DNA of 64,000 bases from Alphaproteobacteria bacterium (GCA_964291215.2 OZ219791.1:2432001-2496000); one strand, 5' to 3'; shown: positions 9,727 through 20,841, counted from the stretch's first letter. Notes: generated by a model from the sequence alone, not told the origin. A program made the numbers and translations.

Positions 9727-11689
9727 GGGTGGGGCCTGATGCTCGATCGCCAGAGCGGCGGCAAGGTGGGTGTCCGTCGTCAGGTTGCCGGCAGCGCCAA
9801 CTGCTTCACCCAAGTTGGCACTTTTCGCGGCCTGGAATTTTTATCGCGTTGCGCGATTTTTTGTCGGCCGATTTCAACATGGCACTACATCCTGTTGAAT
9901 TCTGTCAGCTTGTGAGGCGGCTCCTCGTGCGGCGGGTTCGACACCAGCCGCCGAGGAGATTTCGGCGACCTCGGCGGTCGGGCGCGTGTCCTGTCGGTTG
10001 ACGATCAATGCGCCTGGCGCAGGCGCGTGGTGACCCTGATCCAGCTCCGCATGCTCTCGCGGATCGATGTCCAGCACTTGTCGATGCCCCGCGCGGCCAG
10101 CGGATCAGATGCACCGCGTGGAGCACGGCGATCAACAGGTGGGAGGTGATGCGCTGGTCGAGCTGGATCGGGCGCAATCCGAGCTCGGATTTCAATGAAC
10201 GGAAGGTGGCCTCGATATCCGTGATCCGCCAATATGCCCCGAGGACGGTCTCGATATCCCGGTCGCTGGTGCGCAGTACACAGGCGCCCGCGTTGTCTTG
10301 TCGTCTGTGGCTGAAGCGCACGGCAGTTGCGTTGGCGCCGGCCTTCTCGACGGTGATCTCGTAGTGCTGGGCGACGGTGGAGAAACGCTGCTCGAGACCG
10401 CTCTCCAGCACCTTGTCGTAGCGCTTGAGCCGGCCCTTGGCCGAGAGGCCGTCGTGGAGCTTTGCCGCCTCGAAGCTGTGCCGCCTGCGGTCAGGAATGT
10501 CGTCCTCGGCCCTCTTCCTGCTCTCGCTGACCACGTAGAGCCTCGCCTCGCCATCCTCGCTGGCAAGGCGCCAAGCCTGCACCTCGTGGTTGGTGCTGGT
10601 GATCAGCAGGGCCTCGGGCTCACCCTCGGGCGGCGCCGGCCTGGCGCCGCGGCTGACCGCGATCCAGCCGTAGCCGTGCTCGCCACGCGATGTTCGCCTC
10701 GGTGGCGATGCCGGCGTCCATGACTACCGTCGGCTTCGCCGCCGGGCCCGCCTCCAGCCTCGACAGCGCATCACCCAGCGTGTCCGGTTCGCTCACGTTG
10801 CCCGGCAAGACCTCGCAACTGCGCGGAAAGCCCGCGCCGCGCCAGCGCAAGCGTGGGGCAATCATTGCGCTTCTGCTTCGAGCGCCCGAAGCGGGGGAGC
10901 TTGCCGTCGGCGCGGCCGTGAACATTGGTGAGATCGTAAAAGGCGATGGTGTCGGGGATGTCGAGCAGCGCGCGCTCGCGGTTGAACAGTTCTTTCTGGA
11001 TGGCGGCCCGGTGACGCAGGTCGCCGATGCGGTACAGTGTCTTGCGCGCCTTGCCCTCCAGATCCAGAAGCTCCGCGGCCGCGCTGTCATCGCGCAGCCA
11101 GCGCTCGCGCTCGCTGGCCGGATGAATCATCCTGGCGACGATCAACGCACTCGCGATACGCCCTTCGCGGCCCGTGATGCCGAGGTCGTGGAGGATATCG
11201 GCGAAGCCGAGATCGCGGAGCGCCTCGAAGCACAGGCGCTCGCAGCCGACCGAGCGCGGGTTCTCGAGACTGTCGAGGTTGACGGTCGCAATTTGCGTGC
11301 GTCTTCCTCCAGAGCGTCGGCGCGGAACCTCCGGGCCCTGAGCTTGTTGACGATGTCCTCGGCTGCGGCCTGCACGCGGCTTCGAACAGCGGCGGGTGGC
11401 CGTGGAGCAGCGCTTCGGCGAGCGCGGCAACCTCCTTCCAGTTCTTGCGCGCCACCGGATAGTCGGTACCGAGATTGAGCAGCGTGCGCTGCCTGACCTT
11501 GTCGCCGATGCGCTGAGAAAGCACGAGCCGGTAGCTGTCGACGGGTTTGCCGTCTGCGGTGCTGTGGGTTTTGGTTGCCCTGATGAACATGTTGGCTGGA
11601 GGCTTTTGTGTTGACGAGGCTCCGAATATACCGGGTTTGGCGGCGGGGCGAATCGGCAATATTCTGGCACCACAGCGGCCATCCCGGAC

Positions 11690-12979
11690 AGGAAGCGGAA
11701 TCATTGGATTGAAGGGTATGGTGACTTCAGTTTCATCCGGGCGTTTGCGGTGGTGAAGCGCCAATCCGCCGGCCGCATTGCGGCGCTCGACCCACGCCAC
11801 GGTCTCCCGCAGTATGGTGTCGCGGTCGGGAATGCGTCGTCGAAGGCTCTGCCGCGACAGCGCACCGATCTCGATTTCGGCCATGTTGAGCCAACTTCCG
11901 TGCTTCGGCGTATAGCGAAACTCGAACCGCACCCGCATCGCCTCCTTGAGAGGAAAGGATTCGTACAAGGATGCGGGACCGTGCGTGTTCAGGTTGTCCA
12001 GTACGATCTTCTTGCCGGGAAAATGGTCATCCGCGAGTTCCCGGATGAACTGTGCCCGGTCCCGGGCCGTGTGACGGTCGGTGACTTTCACCGTGCGCCA
12101 GTTTTGGTTCGGCGCGAAAGCCAGGAAGAGGTTAGCCGTGCCGTCATACTCGTAATCGACGATTTGCCTGGGGGACGGGGAAGGCGGGTTTCCTTCGTCT
12201 GCTGTCGGCTGGTCTCGCAAACCAGAACCTCGTCTTCGACAAAGTCATGTTGACAGATGTTTAGCACCTCCTCCATGGCCGCCACGAACGGCGCATTTCG
12301 GCTCGGTGGAATGCACCAATACTGCTTCAACCACCGCTTGATCTCTTTTTTTCAGTGTTTTCCGTACCGTTTCCTTTGAAATGCTCTCGACGATCTCCAT
12401 CTCCACCAGACGACCAGCCAGCAGCTTCAGCGTCCACAGCCCTCGGGCAGAGAAGAGCGAGCCAGGGCGACCGGTTTCGCCTCCTTCGCCCCGTCCGGAA
12501 GCTTCGGCCGGCGGTTCTCCTGTTCCCGGCGGCGGAGGGCGGCCTCCAGAACGCAGCGCAGGCACTCGACTGTCGAGGCGCCGATGCCCGGACTACGCGC
12601 AATGTCGACATCCCGGAGCTTGCCGCCGTCGCGCCCCTCGTCCGCCATCAGCAGAATCTGCGCCCGACGGCTCCGGTACCGTCGACGATCGCCCGCAGCT
12701 CCCGGCGCCGAAAGTGTCACTCGACAGAGCTTCCTGCCCTGAGAGTTGGCCATGATCCGCTCCGATCCCTGTGCCGAACACCTGCAGGCAGGCTCGGTTC
12801 CCGGGGATCGGATCCGTCCCGATCCTCAGAAGAGCGCGGGTGCCTGTACCTTCGGCATCAGGTCTGTGGGGATGAACAAGCAAGATCCGTACCGAACGGG
12901 TGCGCACGGGTGCCGGCACGGACCGACACGGAAATCCTGCCAGAATACTGTCGTCAATTCAACATTTCCGCACTACTAG
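11690..12979 (-). mobile_element. IS630-family element (degraded, two-ORF type)
   Basis: WTLKLLAGRLVEMEIVESISKETVRKTLKK, A7 slippery site, DYEY..GTANLF, DNLNTH and TPKHGSWLNMAEIE; left end CTAGTAGTGCGG; right end eroded. Confidence 0.85.
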
Positions 12980-13179
12980 TGTTGTGTCCCGCAAATACCA
13001 GCAGATAATCGTTCAAGCCTGTCGAAGATTGCGTCTGCGGTTGCGACTCACACGAAAGGGGATGTGGATTTTCGGTGGGTACCAGAGGGGAAGTTGGCGG
13101 CCGCGGAGCATATCGAAAGGCCTCCTATTGCGAGAAAGACCGAGAATATATCATACTTATTTATGGGACACTACACTAG
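12976..13179. mobile_element. 204-bp MITE flanked by CTAG
   Basis: Ends CTAGTGTTGTGTCCCGCAAATA and TATTTATGGGACACTACACTAG form an imperfect TIR; no transposase. Confidence 0.85.
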
Positions 13180-13204
13180 GCAATGTCACAAAAATGCCAA
13201 CATA

Positions 13205-14771
13205 GTAACTGCTCACCCCCTGGTTCCGGCTTGATGTCGGGGTAGAGCAACGAACGGGTTTTCGTGGAGATTTGACACTGCATGCCGATTCGCTTAGTGG
13301 TGGTCATCGAGAACGACGGGGACCGCCAGTGGGCTACTTTGGATCGAAGGCGACGAGCGGGCTGTGCCAGCTGCTTCCGGGGCTCCAGCCTCCGCATGAT
13401 CTGTATGTGGAAACGCATCTCGGAGGCGGCGCGCTGATGAAGCGCAAGGCCGGGTGATGGCGACGGGCGGCGCGCGAGGAGTTCGAAGCGGCCAAGACCG
13501 CGGCGCTGCCGGCAAGGTGGCGGAAGAGGCCGTGATCCGCGTCCTCGTCATCCTGCTCGACATCATCATCGTCGTCCTTCTGGAGAAGACTACGCACGAG
13601 CCGGAACTCCGGTCTGCCGCCGTCACAGACGGACAAGAGCGTGCCGGAAGCAACGGCCCGAAGCCGAACCGGCAGATGGGCGACAACCTGCCATCGTCGA
13701 GGAAACGGTCGCGGCCTGCGACGCCTGCGGCGCTGACATCGACGGCCCCGTCGATCGGGAGCGCCGCACGACATCGTGTTCGAGGTCGTCGAGCGCCGCG
13801 CCGAGATCAAGGAATGCCCGAAGTGCAAGGCCCGGACCAAGGGCCGGTTCCCCGACAACATCCCGTGCAGTACGGCATCGGCATCCAAGCCCTCGTCATC
13901 AACCTGCTGGTCGCCCAGATGCTGTCCCTGCGCCGTGCCGTCGCGCTCGTGCAGGCGATCTCCGGCATCAAGCTCTCCGAGGCAACCTGCCTCAGCTATG
14001 CTTTCACGATGCGCTCGCGTCATGGGAGGAGGCTGCCGTGGCGCACCTCCTGCAACGCCCGATGTCGACGATTTCGGATCAACAGTAAGTGGCTCCATGT
14101 CGTGGGACCCTGACGTGCAAGTTCCCGCACCGCAAGCGCGGCCGAGAGGCAAGAGATCGGCATCATCCCGTGCTACAGGGGCGTCCTGGTCCACGACTGC
14201 TGGGCCTCGTACATGGGCCAGTGTAGCCACCAGCTGTGCGGCAGCCACCTGCTGCGCGAACTGACCTTTGTCGTCGAGGCTACCGCTGGGCGCGACTGAT
14301 GAAGAGCCTGCTCCGCGAGGTCTGCCACAAGGTCAACAAGAGCGCATCCAAGACCCTGAACGACGCCGGGCCGTGCGCAAGCGCTACCGCACCATCCTCA
14401 CGCAGGGCGCTAGGGAACTGCCCGATATCCCGCCGCCGCCGAAAGGAAAACGCATAGCAAAGTCCGACGCGCACAACCTGCACGAACGTCTCGTGAAACA
14501 CGAAAAGTCAGTCCTGCGCTTCACAGACGACCCCAACGTCAGCTTCACCAACAATGCCGGAGAACAGAAGATCAGGATGGCAAAGGTCAAGCTCAAGGTG
14601 TCCGGATGCTTCCGCTCCACGCAAAAGCATGGTGCCAAGCTACCTCACCTCCATGGCCGCACTTGGCTACAATCATCACGTCGCCACCCAGATCGCCCTC
14701 GACGGAAAAGCCGCAGACATCATCAACGAGCACTACGACCAATCAGAACCCAACTAGGGGTGAGTAGATAC
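13205..14771 (+). mobile_element. IS66-family element with truncated DNA adenine methyltransferase gene and degraded TnpC
   Basis: TIRs GTAACTGCTCACCCC / GGGGTGAGTAGATAC; 8-bp TSD CCAACATA (13197-13204, 14772-14779); CGSHLLREL and SFTNNAGEQKIRMAKVKLKVSGCFRS motifs. Confidence 0.9.
13329..13457 (+). pseudogene. 5' fragment of a Dam/D12-class DNA adenine methyltransferase
   Basis: VGYFGSKATSGLCQLLPGLQPPHDLYVETHLGGGALMKRK, homologous to the N-terminus of 40356-41015. Confidence 0.85.
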
Positions 14772-14915
14772 CCAACATATAGTATATCGAGTGAGATTGC
14801 TGCATAAATTTTGCCTTCAACTGACGCAAAAAGTGCCAACTTGGGTTCAAGGAGAGCGAACAGAATGTCCGTGTGGCGGTCTTCCGGGTGGGTGCGCCAG
14901 GCTAACTGGTAGTAA

Positions 14916-16038
14916 GGTCCCGCGCCAAAATAGATTGTTTTTTGGTGTGGATCTGCCATTGATGATGTCATGGATGCTATGGTCGATACGCTGCGATCCA
15001 AATTTGTGGTGTTGCGTCCGGTTCTGGACGAACGCGCGCGGCGCCTGTGGGCGGCGGCCCGTGCCATCGGGCGAGTGGCCGAGGCGACGGGGATGGGCAC
15101 CGTTCGCGCCGGAGGAGCTTGATTCGGAGTCTTCGAGTGAGATTCCTTCAGGATGTTTGCGTCGCCCCGGCGGCGGGCGCAACGGATCCGGGTTTGGTGG
15201 CGGCGCGCGAGCTTGAACCGATGACGCGCGGCGATCCGGAGAGTTCGCTGCGGTGTCACAGTGCCGCTGGCGGACCGTCTTGCGGTCGAGGGCGTCAGCG
15301 AGCGCACGGTGAACCGGCTGCTCCACGATCTGGGGTACAGCCTCCAGGCCAATCGCAAGACGCTGGAAGGTCGCCAGCACCGGGATGCGCAATTCCGACG
15401 CGCCGGGTGCGCGCGTTCCAGAGGCCAGCCTGTGGTGACACGAAGAAGAAGGAAATCCAGTACCGCAATGGCGGCCGGGAAGGGCGACCCTGAAGCCGTC
15501 AATGTGCATGACTTCCCCGATCCGGAGCTCGGATCCCCTGCGGGGTCTACGACCTCACCGCCAACGCCGGCTGGGTCAGCGTCGGGCACGACACGGCGGC
15601 GTTCGCGGTCGAGGCCGCTGGTGGCGGCAGATGGGCCAGCTGGTCTATCCCGATGCCTGCTGATCACCGCGACGGCAGCAGCCGCAACCGGCTGTGGAAG
15701 CTGCAGCACCTCGCCGACGAACTCGGGTTGAAGGTGTCGGTGGCCCACTTCCCGCCCGGAAAGTGGAACAAGATCGAGCACCGGATGTTCTGCCATATCA
15801 CCCGGAACTGGCGCGGCCGGCCCCTCGTCAGCTACCAGGTGATCGTCAAGCTGATCGCCGCGACCACCACCGGGCTCACCATACGCTCGCACCTCGACGA
15901 GAACAGCTATCCGCTCGGGGTCAAGGTCAGCGACGATCAGATGGATGGCCTCGCCATCCGCAGAGACCCGTTCCACGGCGAGTGGAACTACACCCTCACA
16001 CCACGGACATAACGAACATATTATTTTGGCGATATCCC
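14916..16038 (+). mobile_element. ISAzo13-family element (frameshifted)
   Basis: GYSLQANRKTLEG, HFPPGKWNKIEHRMFCHITRNWRGRPL and FHGEWNY motifs; TIR core CGCCAAAATA; 3-bp TSD TAA. Confidence 0.88.
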
Positions 16039-16720
16039 TAAGCGTTCGTTCGTGCGGTGAGGTGTTGTTGTTTTCGTCCGTTTGACGGGCTTTTGTCAGG
16101 GAGTTCCAGCGTTATCCGGAGCGGTTTCGTGCACCGGGATGCGCGGTGAGGGGCACTGGCGTCATGCCGTGTTTTCCGCATTGGTTGCTGTTTTGTCCCG
16201 GCGCTGCGGAGGAGGAGCTGAGCGCCATCCTGTGCCGGTTGCAGGGTCCAGCGATTGAGGGTCCGCTCCTTGCGGAGCGGGCCAGATGTCCTTCTTCGGC
16301 TTCTGTCATGTCGGTCGTAGCGGTCGCTGGTTGTTTCGACGCGGCCGGCAAACGCCGCGGCGCGGGACCAGGGTTTCGCAGGGCACGGGCGCGGTGTTGC
16401 AGCGCGCGGTCCATGCGGTGGTCGAGAAGCAGCGGCTCGCCGCATGGTAGCGCATCTGCGCGCCGACCAGGCGCGTGTATCCGAGGCAGTGTCAGCGAGC
16501 GACGAACTCGTTCCACAACCAGCCTTCCCGGGTGCCCACGATCCGGAAGTCGGCGGGCGGAGCTCGTCGAGGGTCTTCGGGGCGGCGGTGTGATCAGCTT
16601 CGGGGCTGGCGGCGGCAGAAGGCGCGGGCGATGGGGTCCGCTCCGCGACCATGAAGTCGCGCCCATGCTAGCGGCACTCGACCTCGTCGCTCACGGCGGC
16701 GCTGCGAAGTGGTCGTATGT
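16039..16720 (-). mobile_element. IS66-family terminal remnant (probable right end)
   Basis: Terminus GTAAGCGTTCGTTCGTGCGG is restored after removing ISAzo13; ~200 bp is an inverted near-copy of 31905-32102. Confidence 0.7.
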
Positions 16721-16724
16721 GTGT

Positions 16725-17672
16725 TCACACGCTGGCTGAAGCCGCAGCCAGCGTGTCGGTCTCCATGTCGTCGTCGCGCACCGCCCCGATGAGGTCGCTT
16801 ACGCGCTCGATGCCGCGGTTCTCGCACCAGGCTTCGAGATCATCGATGATCGTCGTCAGCGCCGTCGGGTTGCGGAAACCCGCATAGCCGATTCCGACTG
16901 CCGATGCGCCCGCGAGCATGTATTCGACGACATCTTCCGCCTTGGTTACGCCGCCGATTCCGACGATCGGGACCTTTACGGTCTTCGCGACCTGGTAGAC
17001 CATGCGAAGGACGATGGGCTTGAGGGCGGGCGAGACCATGCCACCGAACTTGTTGCCGAGCGCCGGCCGGAAATTGTCGGTGCGGATCTTGAGCGAGAGA
17101 AACGTGTTGGCAATGGCGAGCGCATCTGCACCTGCTTCTTCCGCCGCCAGTGCGATCGACACGATATCGCCCGCGTTGGGCGACAACTTCGCCCATACCG
17201 GCTTGTCGGTGGCGGCGCGAATGGCCGACATCACCTCTTTGGTGTGTTCCTCCTGGAGGGCGAAGTTTCCGCCTGTGGTGTTCCTTGTCGGGCACGAGAT
17301 GTTGCATTCGATGACATCGACATCCGGCACGCTGAGTTCTGTCGCCAGGGCTGCAAAATCCTCGATGGATTCGGAGGACACGCTGACGACAAGCGGCGGT
17401 TCGAACTTGGCGTATTCGGGCACGATGTTGTCGAGAAAATACTGGATTCCCTTTCCCGGAAGACCGATCGACTGGATGATTCCGGCTTCGGTCTCGGCCA
17501 TGCGCGGGGTGGGATTGCCGACACGGGGTTCGCGGCAGATGGTCTTTGCCACGAGCGCGCCGAGCCGGTTGAGGTCGATGACGTCCGCATATTCCCACGA
17601 GAATGCGCCGGACGCCGGCTGTATCGGATTCTGGAGGGTGATGTCGCCGATCTGGACCGAGAGGTCTACCAT
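16725..17672 (-). CDS. Dihydroorotate dehydrogenase family 1B catalytic-subunit homologue (divergent active site)
   Basis: NPIQPASG, PRVGNPTPRMAET, NISCP, KPVWAKLSPN and PIVGIGG motifs; paired with a PyrK-like gene. Confidence 0.85.
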   Translation of the reverse strand: MVDLSVQIGDITLQNPIQPASGAFSWEYADVIDLNRLGALVAKTICREPRVGNPTPRMAETEAGIIQSIGLPGKGIQYFLDNIVPEYAKFEPPLVVSVSSESIEDFAALATELSVPDVDVIECNISCPTRNTTGGNFALQEEHTKEVMSAIRAATDKPVWAKLSPNAGDIVSIALAAEEAGADALAIANTFLSLKIRTDNFRPALGNKFGGMVSPALKPIVLRMVYQVAKTVKVPIVGIGGVTKAEDVVEYMLAGASAVGIGYAGFRNPTALTTIIDDLEAWCENRGIERVSDLIGAVRDDDMETDTLAAASASV

Positions 17673-18538
17673 CCCACGGCCTCCTGCATGTTGAAGACGG
17701 GACCCTCGCGGCAGATGCGCCGCAGGATCCGTTGTCCGTCGACTTCAAAGGTGCGCACGCAAACATAGCAGGCGCCAAATCCACAGACCATGATCTGCTC
17801 CATGGCCACCTGTCCGGGTATGCAGTGGGTCCGGCCAAGGCGCTGCATCAGCTTCAGCAGCCGATTGGAGCCGCATGTGAAGAAGGCGTCGGCCCTGCCG
17901 GCGGCGATCAGGCCGTCGAGGATCCGTTCCACATTGGCGACACCGCTCGTCCCGTCCGTATCAAGAACAGTGGTCACATCCGCTCCGAGGCCGGAAAAGA
18001 GCTCTTCGGACATCACCACATCGGGATTGCGGGCACTGAGAATCGCTGCGATGCCGACATCGTTGTCGGCAGCCAGCTGCGACAGGGGGGCAAGGGTAGC
18101 CAGGCCGACCCCGCGACCGAGCACGACGATGTTCCTCCATTCGGTTTCGAGACTGAAGCCGATGCCGAGCGGGCCGGTGACGTTGAACTCGTCGCCCGGC
18201 TCAAGCATGCTCATGCCGCGGGTTCCCCGTCCCTCGCTCTTGTACAGGAATTCCAGCCGGCCGGATTCGCGGTCGACGCGGTAGATGCTCATCGGGCGCC
18301 GCATCCATACCTCGGCTCCGTCTGGAGAGGGGCACAGGAGATGGAAGAACTGGCCGGCTCGGGTGTTCATCGCGCGTTCGTGGACATCGACGACGAGGCG
18401 CCAGTATTCCCCGGCAACCGGATGGTTGGCAGCTACGATCGAGAGGAATTCGGCCGTCGGGCGCTCGGGAAACGGATCGGGATCGCCGATCCTGAGCGCC
18501 GCGTGCGTGTAGTTCAGATTGGGGTCCGGTATTGTCAT
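17666..18538 (-). CDS. Dihydroorotate dehydrogenase electron-transfer subunit (PyrK-like, FAD/2Fe-2S)
   Basis: GQFFHL, RRPMSI, GPLG.GF, EQIMVCGFGACYVC and ICREGPVF motifs. Confidence 0.9.
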   Translation of the reverse strand: MTIPDPNLNYTHAALRIGDPDPFPERPTAEFLSIVAANHPVAGEYWRLVVDVHERAMNTRAGQFFHLLCPSPDGAEVWMRRPMSIYRVDRESGRLEFLYKSEGRGTRGMSMLEPGDEFNVTGPLGIGFSLETEWRNIVVLGRGVGLATLAPLSQLAADNDVGIAAILSARNPDVVMSEELFSGLGADVTTVLDTDGTSGVANVERILDGLIAAGRADAFFTCGSNRLLKLMQRLGRTHCIPGQVAMEQIMVCGFGACYVCVRTFEVDGQRILRRICREGPVFNMQEAVGW

Positions 18539-18584
18539 GGCCTTCGGCTGCCAGTGGCTTTGGGTGTCGGCTGCGGCCGTAGCA

Positions 18585-18632
18585 TATCACATCGATTTGT
18601 AACAAAAAAGAGAAAATTATTATTTTTATTAC
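18585..18632. promoter_or_regulatory. AT-rich promoter region upstream of the pyrK-like gene with palindrome TTTGT-A-ACAAA (possible operator)
   Basis: Sharp AT-rich patch in GC-rich DNA; palindrome at 18596-18606. Confidence 0.35.
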
Positions 18633-19963
18633 GGCGAACCATGCCCTCCGAACAACATGGTGATGTTGATGCGATGGTTCCCGTAGCCGGGCGCAAAATC
18701 GGGCGCGTCGGATCCATGCACGAGGCGCGAATCGAACAGTACGGCGCGGTTCTCGCGGTACGGGACGGTCTCTCTTGCATGTTCGTGAGCCGCCGCGAAA
18801 GCCTGAATTGCTGCCGATCCGGTCCGGTAGTCTGTGCCGGACAGGCCTGCGGGGGGGACCGTGTATATTGCCAGTCCGCCGCGGTCCGGAGCGCGGTTGG
18901 CGGTGTTGGGCGTCAGCCAGAAGTTGAGACTCACGGCTCCGTCGTCGACATGCAGGTCGACAGCCCTGCGGCCCTCTAGAGCCTTGAACGCCCAGGCTTG
19001 CGACAGCGGGTGGTTGCCGAGGATTGCCGGAAAGGATGTTCGGATCTCGTCGGCGATTTGCAGGATGAGCGGACAGGCGAGGCCGTCCTCGAGATAGGCG
19101 GCGACGAAGCCGTCGATATGGCCGAAATCGAACCAGATCGTGCTCTCGAGAAGGTATTTTCTCAGCGACCGGAGCGCGGGCTGCGACAGGAGCCCGTCGA
19201 ACCACGCCAGCCCTGCGTCCCGCGCCTGAAATTCGGCGGTGACGGCGTCGATGTCGATGTCCGGGCCGAGGGCGTTGCTGGCCACGGCCGGGGCGTCGAC
19301 CGTGTGATAGGCGGTGTTGTAGATACCGGTGAGATCCTCAAGTTGTTCGTCGTCGAGCGTGACGATGTCGTCTCCCAGCGTCGCCGCGACCAACTCGTAG
19401 GCGCGGGCAAGGAGGACGAACGGCTTGCGCGGTCGCACGCCCGCTGCCAGATGGCTAAACTGCTGCGCGTCGTGAAAAAGCTTGGCACTGGTCGTGCGCC
19501 GGAGCGACTCGTCGGCAATCCCGGTTCGCTCCTCGCCGCGGCGCAACTCAAGCGTTCGTGCGAAGTGATCAAGCGCCCGGTCACGGTTTCCGGCCGCTTG
19601 CCACAGGAAGCCCAGGGTCCGGTGCGCCTCGTAGAATTCGGGATCGGCGGCCACCGCCAGCATGTAGCTGGCGCGGGCTTCGTCGGCGCGTCCGAGCGCG
19701 CACAGCGCGCCGCCGCGGTTGAAGTGCGCCGACGCATAGGCCGGGTCACCGGCAAGCGCCTTGTCGAAGCAGTCGACGGCGCCGTCATGGTCGCCGGTTT
19801 CGGCAAGCAGGACTCCGAGATTGTGCCAGATCCCCGGATGTCCGGGGGCGAGAGCAAGCGCTGCCCGGTAGGCGCCTTCCGCGGCGGCGGCATCGCCGGC
19901 CCGGTGATGCGCCGCCGCTTTGCCGGCTAGGGACGCCAGGCGGCTGTCCGGAACAGCGCTCAT
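18629..19963 (-). CDS. TPR-repeat protein with C-terminal 2OG-Fe(II) oxygenase-like domain
   Basis: About four TPRs (WHNLGVLL, AHFNRG, AHRTLG); C-terminal HVD...VHGSD...RINITMLF. Confidence 0.75.
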   Translation of the reverse strand: MSAVPDSRLASLAGKAAAHHRAGDAAAAEGAYRAALALAPGHPGIWHNLGVLLAETGDHDGAVDCFDKALAGDPAYASAHFNRGGALCALGRADEARASYMLAVAADPEFYEAHRTLGFLWQAAGNRDRALDHFARTLELRRGEERTGIADESLRRTTSAKLFHDAQQFSHLAAGVRPRKPFVLLARAYELVAATLGDDIVTLDDEQLEDLTGIYNTAYHTVDAPAVASNALGPDIDIDAVTAEFQARDAGLAWFDGLLSQPALRSLRKYLLESTIWFDFGHIDGFVAAYLEDGLACPLILQIADEIRTSFPAILGNHPLSQAWAFKALEGRRAVDLHVDDGAVSLNFWLTPNTANRAPDRGGLAIYTVPPAGLSGTDYRTGSAAIQAFAAAHEHARETVPYRENRAVLFDSRLVHGSDAPDFAPGYGNHRINITMLFGGHGSP

Positions 19964-20841
19964 CCCGGCAGTTTGGCGATCAGTTCGCGGAGGAACCGGG
20001 CTGCCTCCGGCCCCTTGTGTGCGCGGCGCCACATGTCCTCGACAACACGCTCGTGAAGTTCGAGAGCTTCTGGCGCCGAGGTGATCATCGCGATGCCGCC
20101 GAGCACGTTCGGCTGTTCGCCGAGGCGGTAGGGGCTCAGCGCGAGGATCTTGCGATCCGATTGCCGGAATATCTGGAAGCTGGTGTGGGGAAGCGTTCCC
20201 GGTACGATCCCGATCTGGATGCCGATCGGCTCGCTGTTCATCATGGCCGCGAGGTGTTCGACCTCGGTGCGCGCCTGCTCTCGCCGTTCCCGAAGGACCT
20301 GCTCCGGAAGGTCAAGCCGGCCGAGGAGGCCGTTGCGCAGAAAGCGGTCGATCTCCGCGCCCGAGATCAGGTTGAGCATGCCGGGCCGGCGCTTCCGCCA
20401 TGTCGCTTTGCGCTGGCGCAGGATGGGCAGGATTTCCCGGATCCGGGCGAGGGCGCGTTCGCGGTCGGCGCCGTCCGGCACGCTCTCGACCAGCATCTCC
20501 TCGACAGCGTCGGCAAATCCGTGCGATGACAGGAGAAAGGATACGGGGCCGGCGAGAACGACAATGTGTTCGGCGGATTCCTCAATCTGCCGAAGCCGCT
20601 CGAAATAGGCAACCGCCGACGGAACGTACTCGACGCCCACCCCCAACAGCGTCGGAACCGAAACCTGAAGCAGGTCCGACAGGCGTTCGAGCGTCTCGAT
20701 CTTGGCAAGTTCGCCCTTCTCGAACCGGTAAAGAGCCGTGCGCGAAATCCCGAGACGGCCTGCGATGTCATCGGCGCTCAAACCGGTTGCGAGCCGGAAC
20801 GCCTTGAGCCTGTTGCCGATATCATCGAATCTGATGGCCAT
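19960..20841 (-). CDS. XRE-family HTH transcriptional regulator with large C-terminal domain
   Basis: RLKAFRLATGLSADDIAGRLGISRTALYRFEKG. Confidence 0.85.
   Translation of the reverse strand: MAIRFDDIGNRLKAFRLATGLSADDIAGRLGISRTALYRFEKGELAKIETLERLSDLLQVSVPTLLGVGVEYVPSAVAYFERLRQIEESAEHIVVLAGPVSFLLSSHGFADAVEEMLVESVPDGADRERALARIREILPILRQRKATWRKRRPGMLNLISGAEIDRFLRNGLLGRLDLPEQVLRERREQARTEVEHLAAMMNSEPIGIQIGIVPGTLPHTSFQIFRQSDRKILALSPYRLGEQPNVLGGIAMITSAPEALELHERVVEDMWRRAHKGPEAARFLRELIAKLPG

Larger units (their letters stand above)
9809..14845 (-). mobile_element. IS1634-family element copy 1 (pseudogenised transposase ~9900-11590; three elements nested in its 5' UTR)
   Basis: TIRs CCCAAGTTGGCACTTTT (9809) and AAAAGTGCCAACTTGGG (ends 14845), TTCA on both flanks; MFIRATKT..QRTLLNLG, FYDLTN, FGRSKQKRNDCP, VMDAGIA and IEATFRSLKSELGLRPI motifs. 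Confidence 0.85.
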
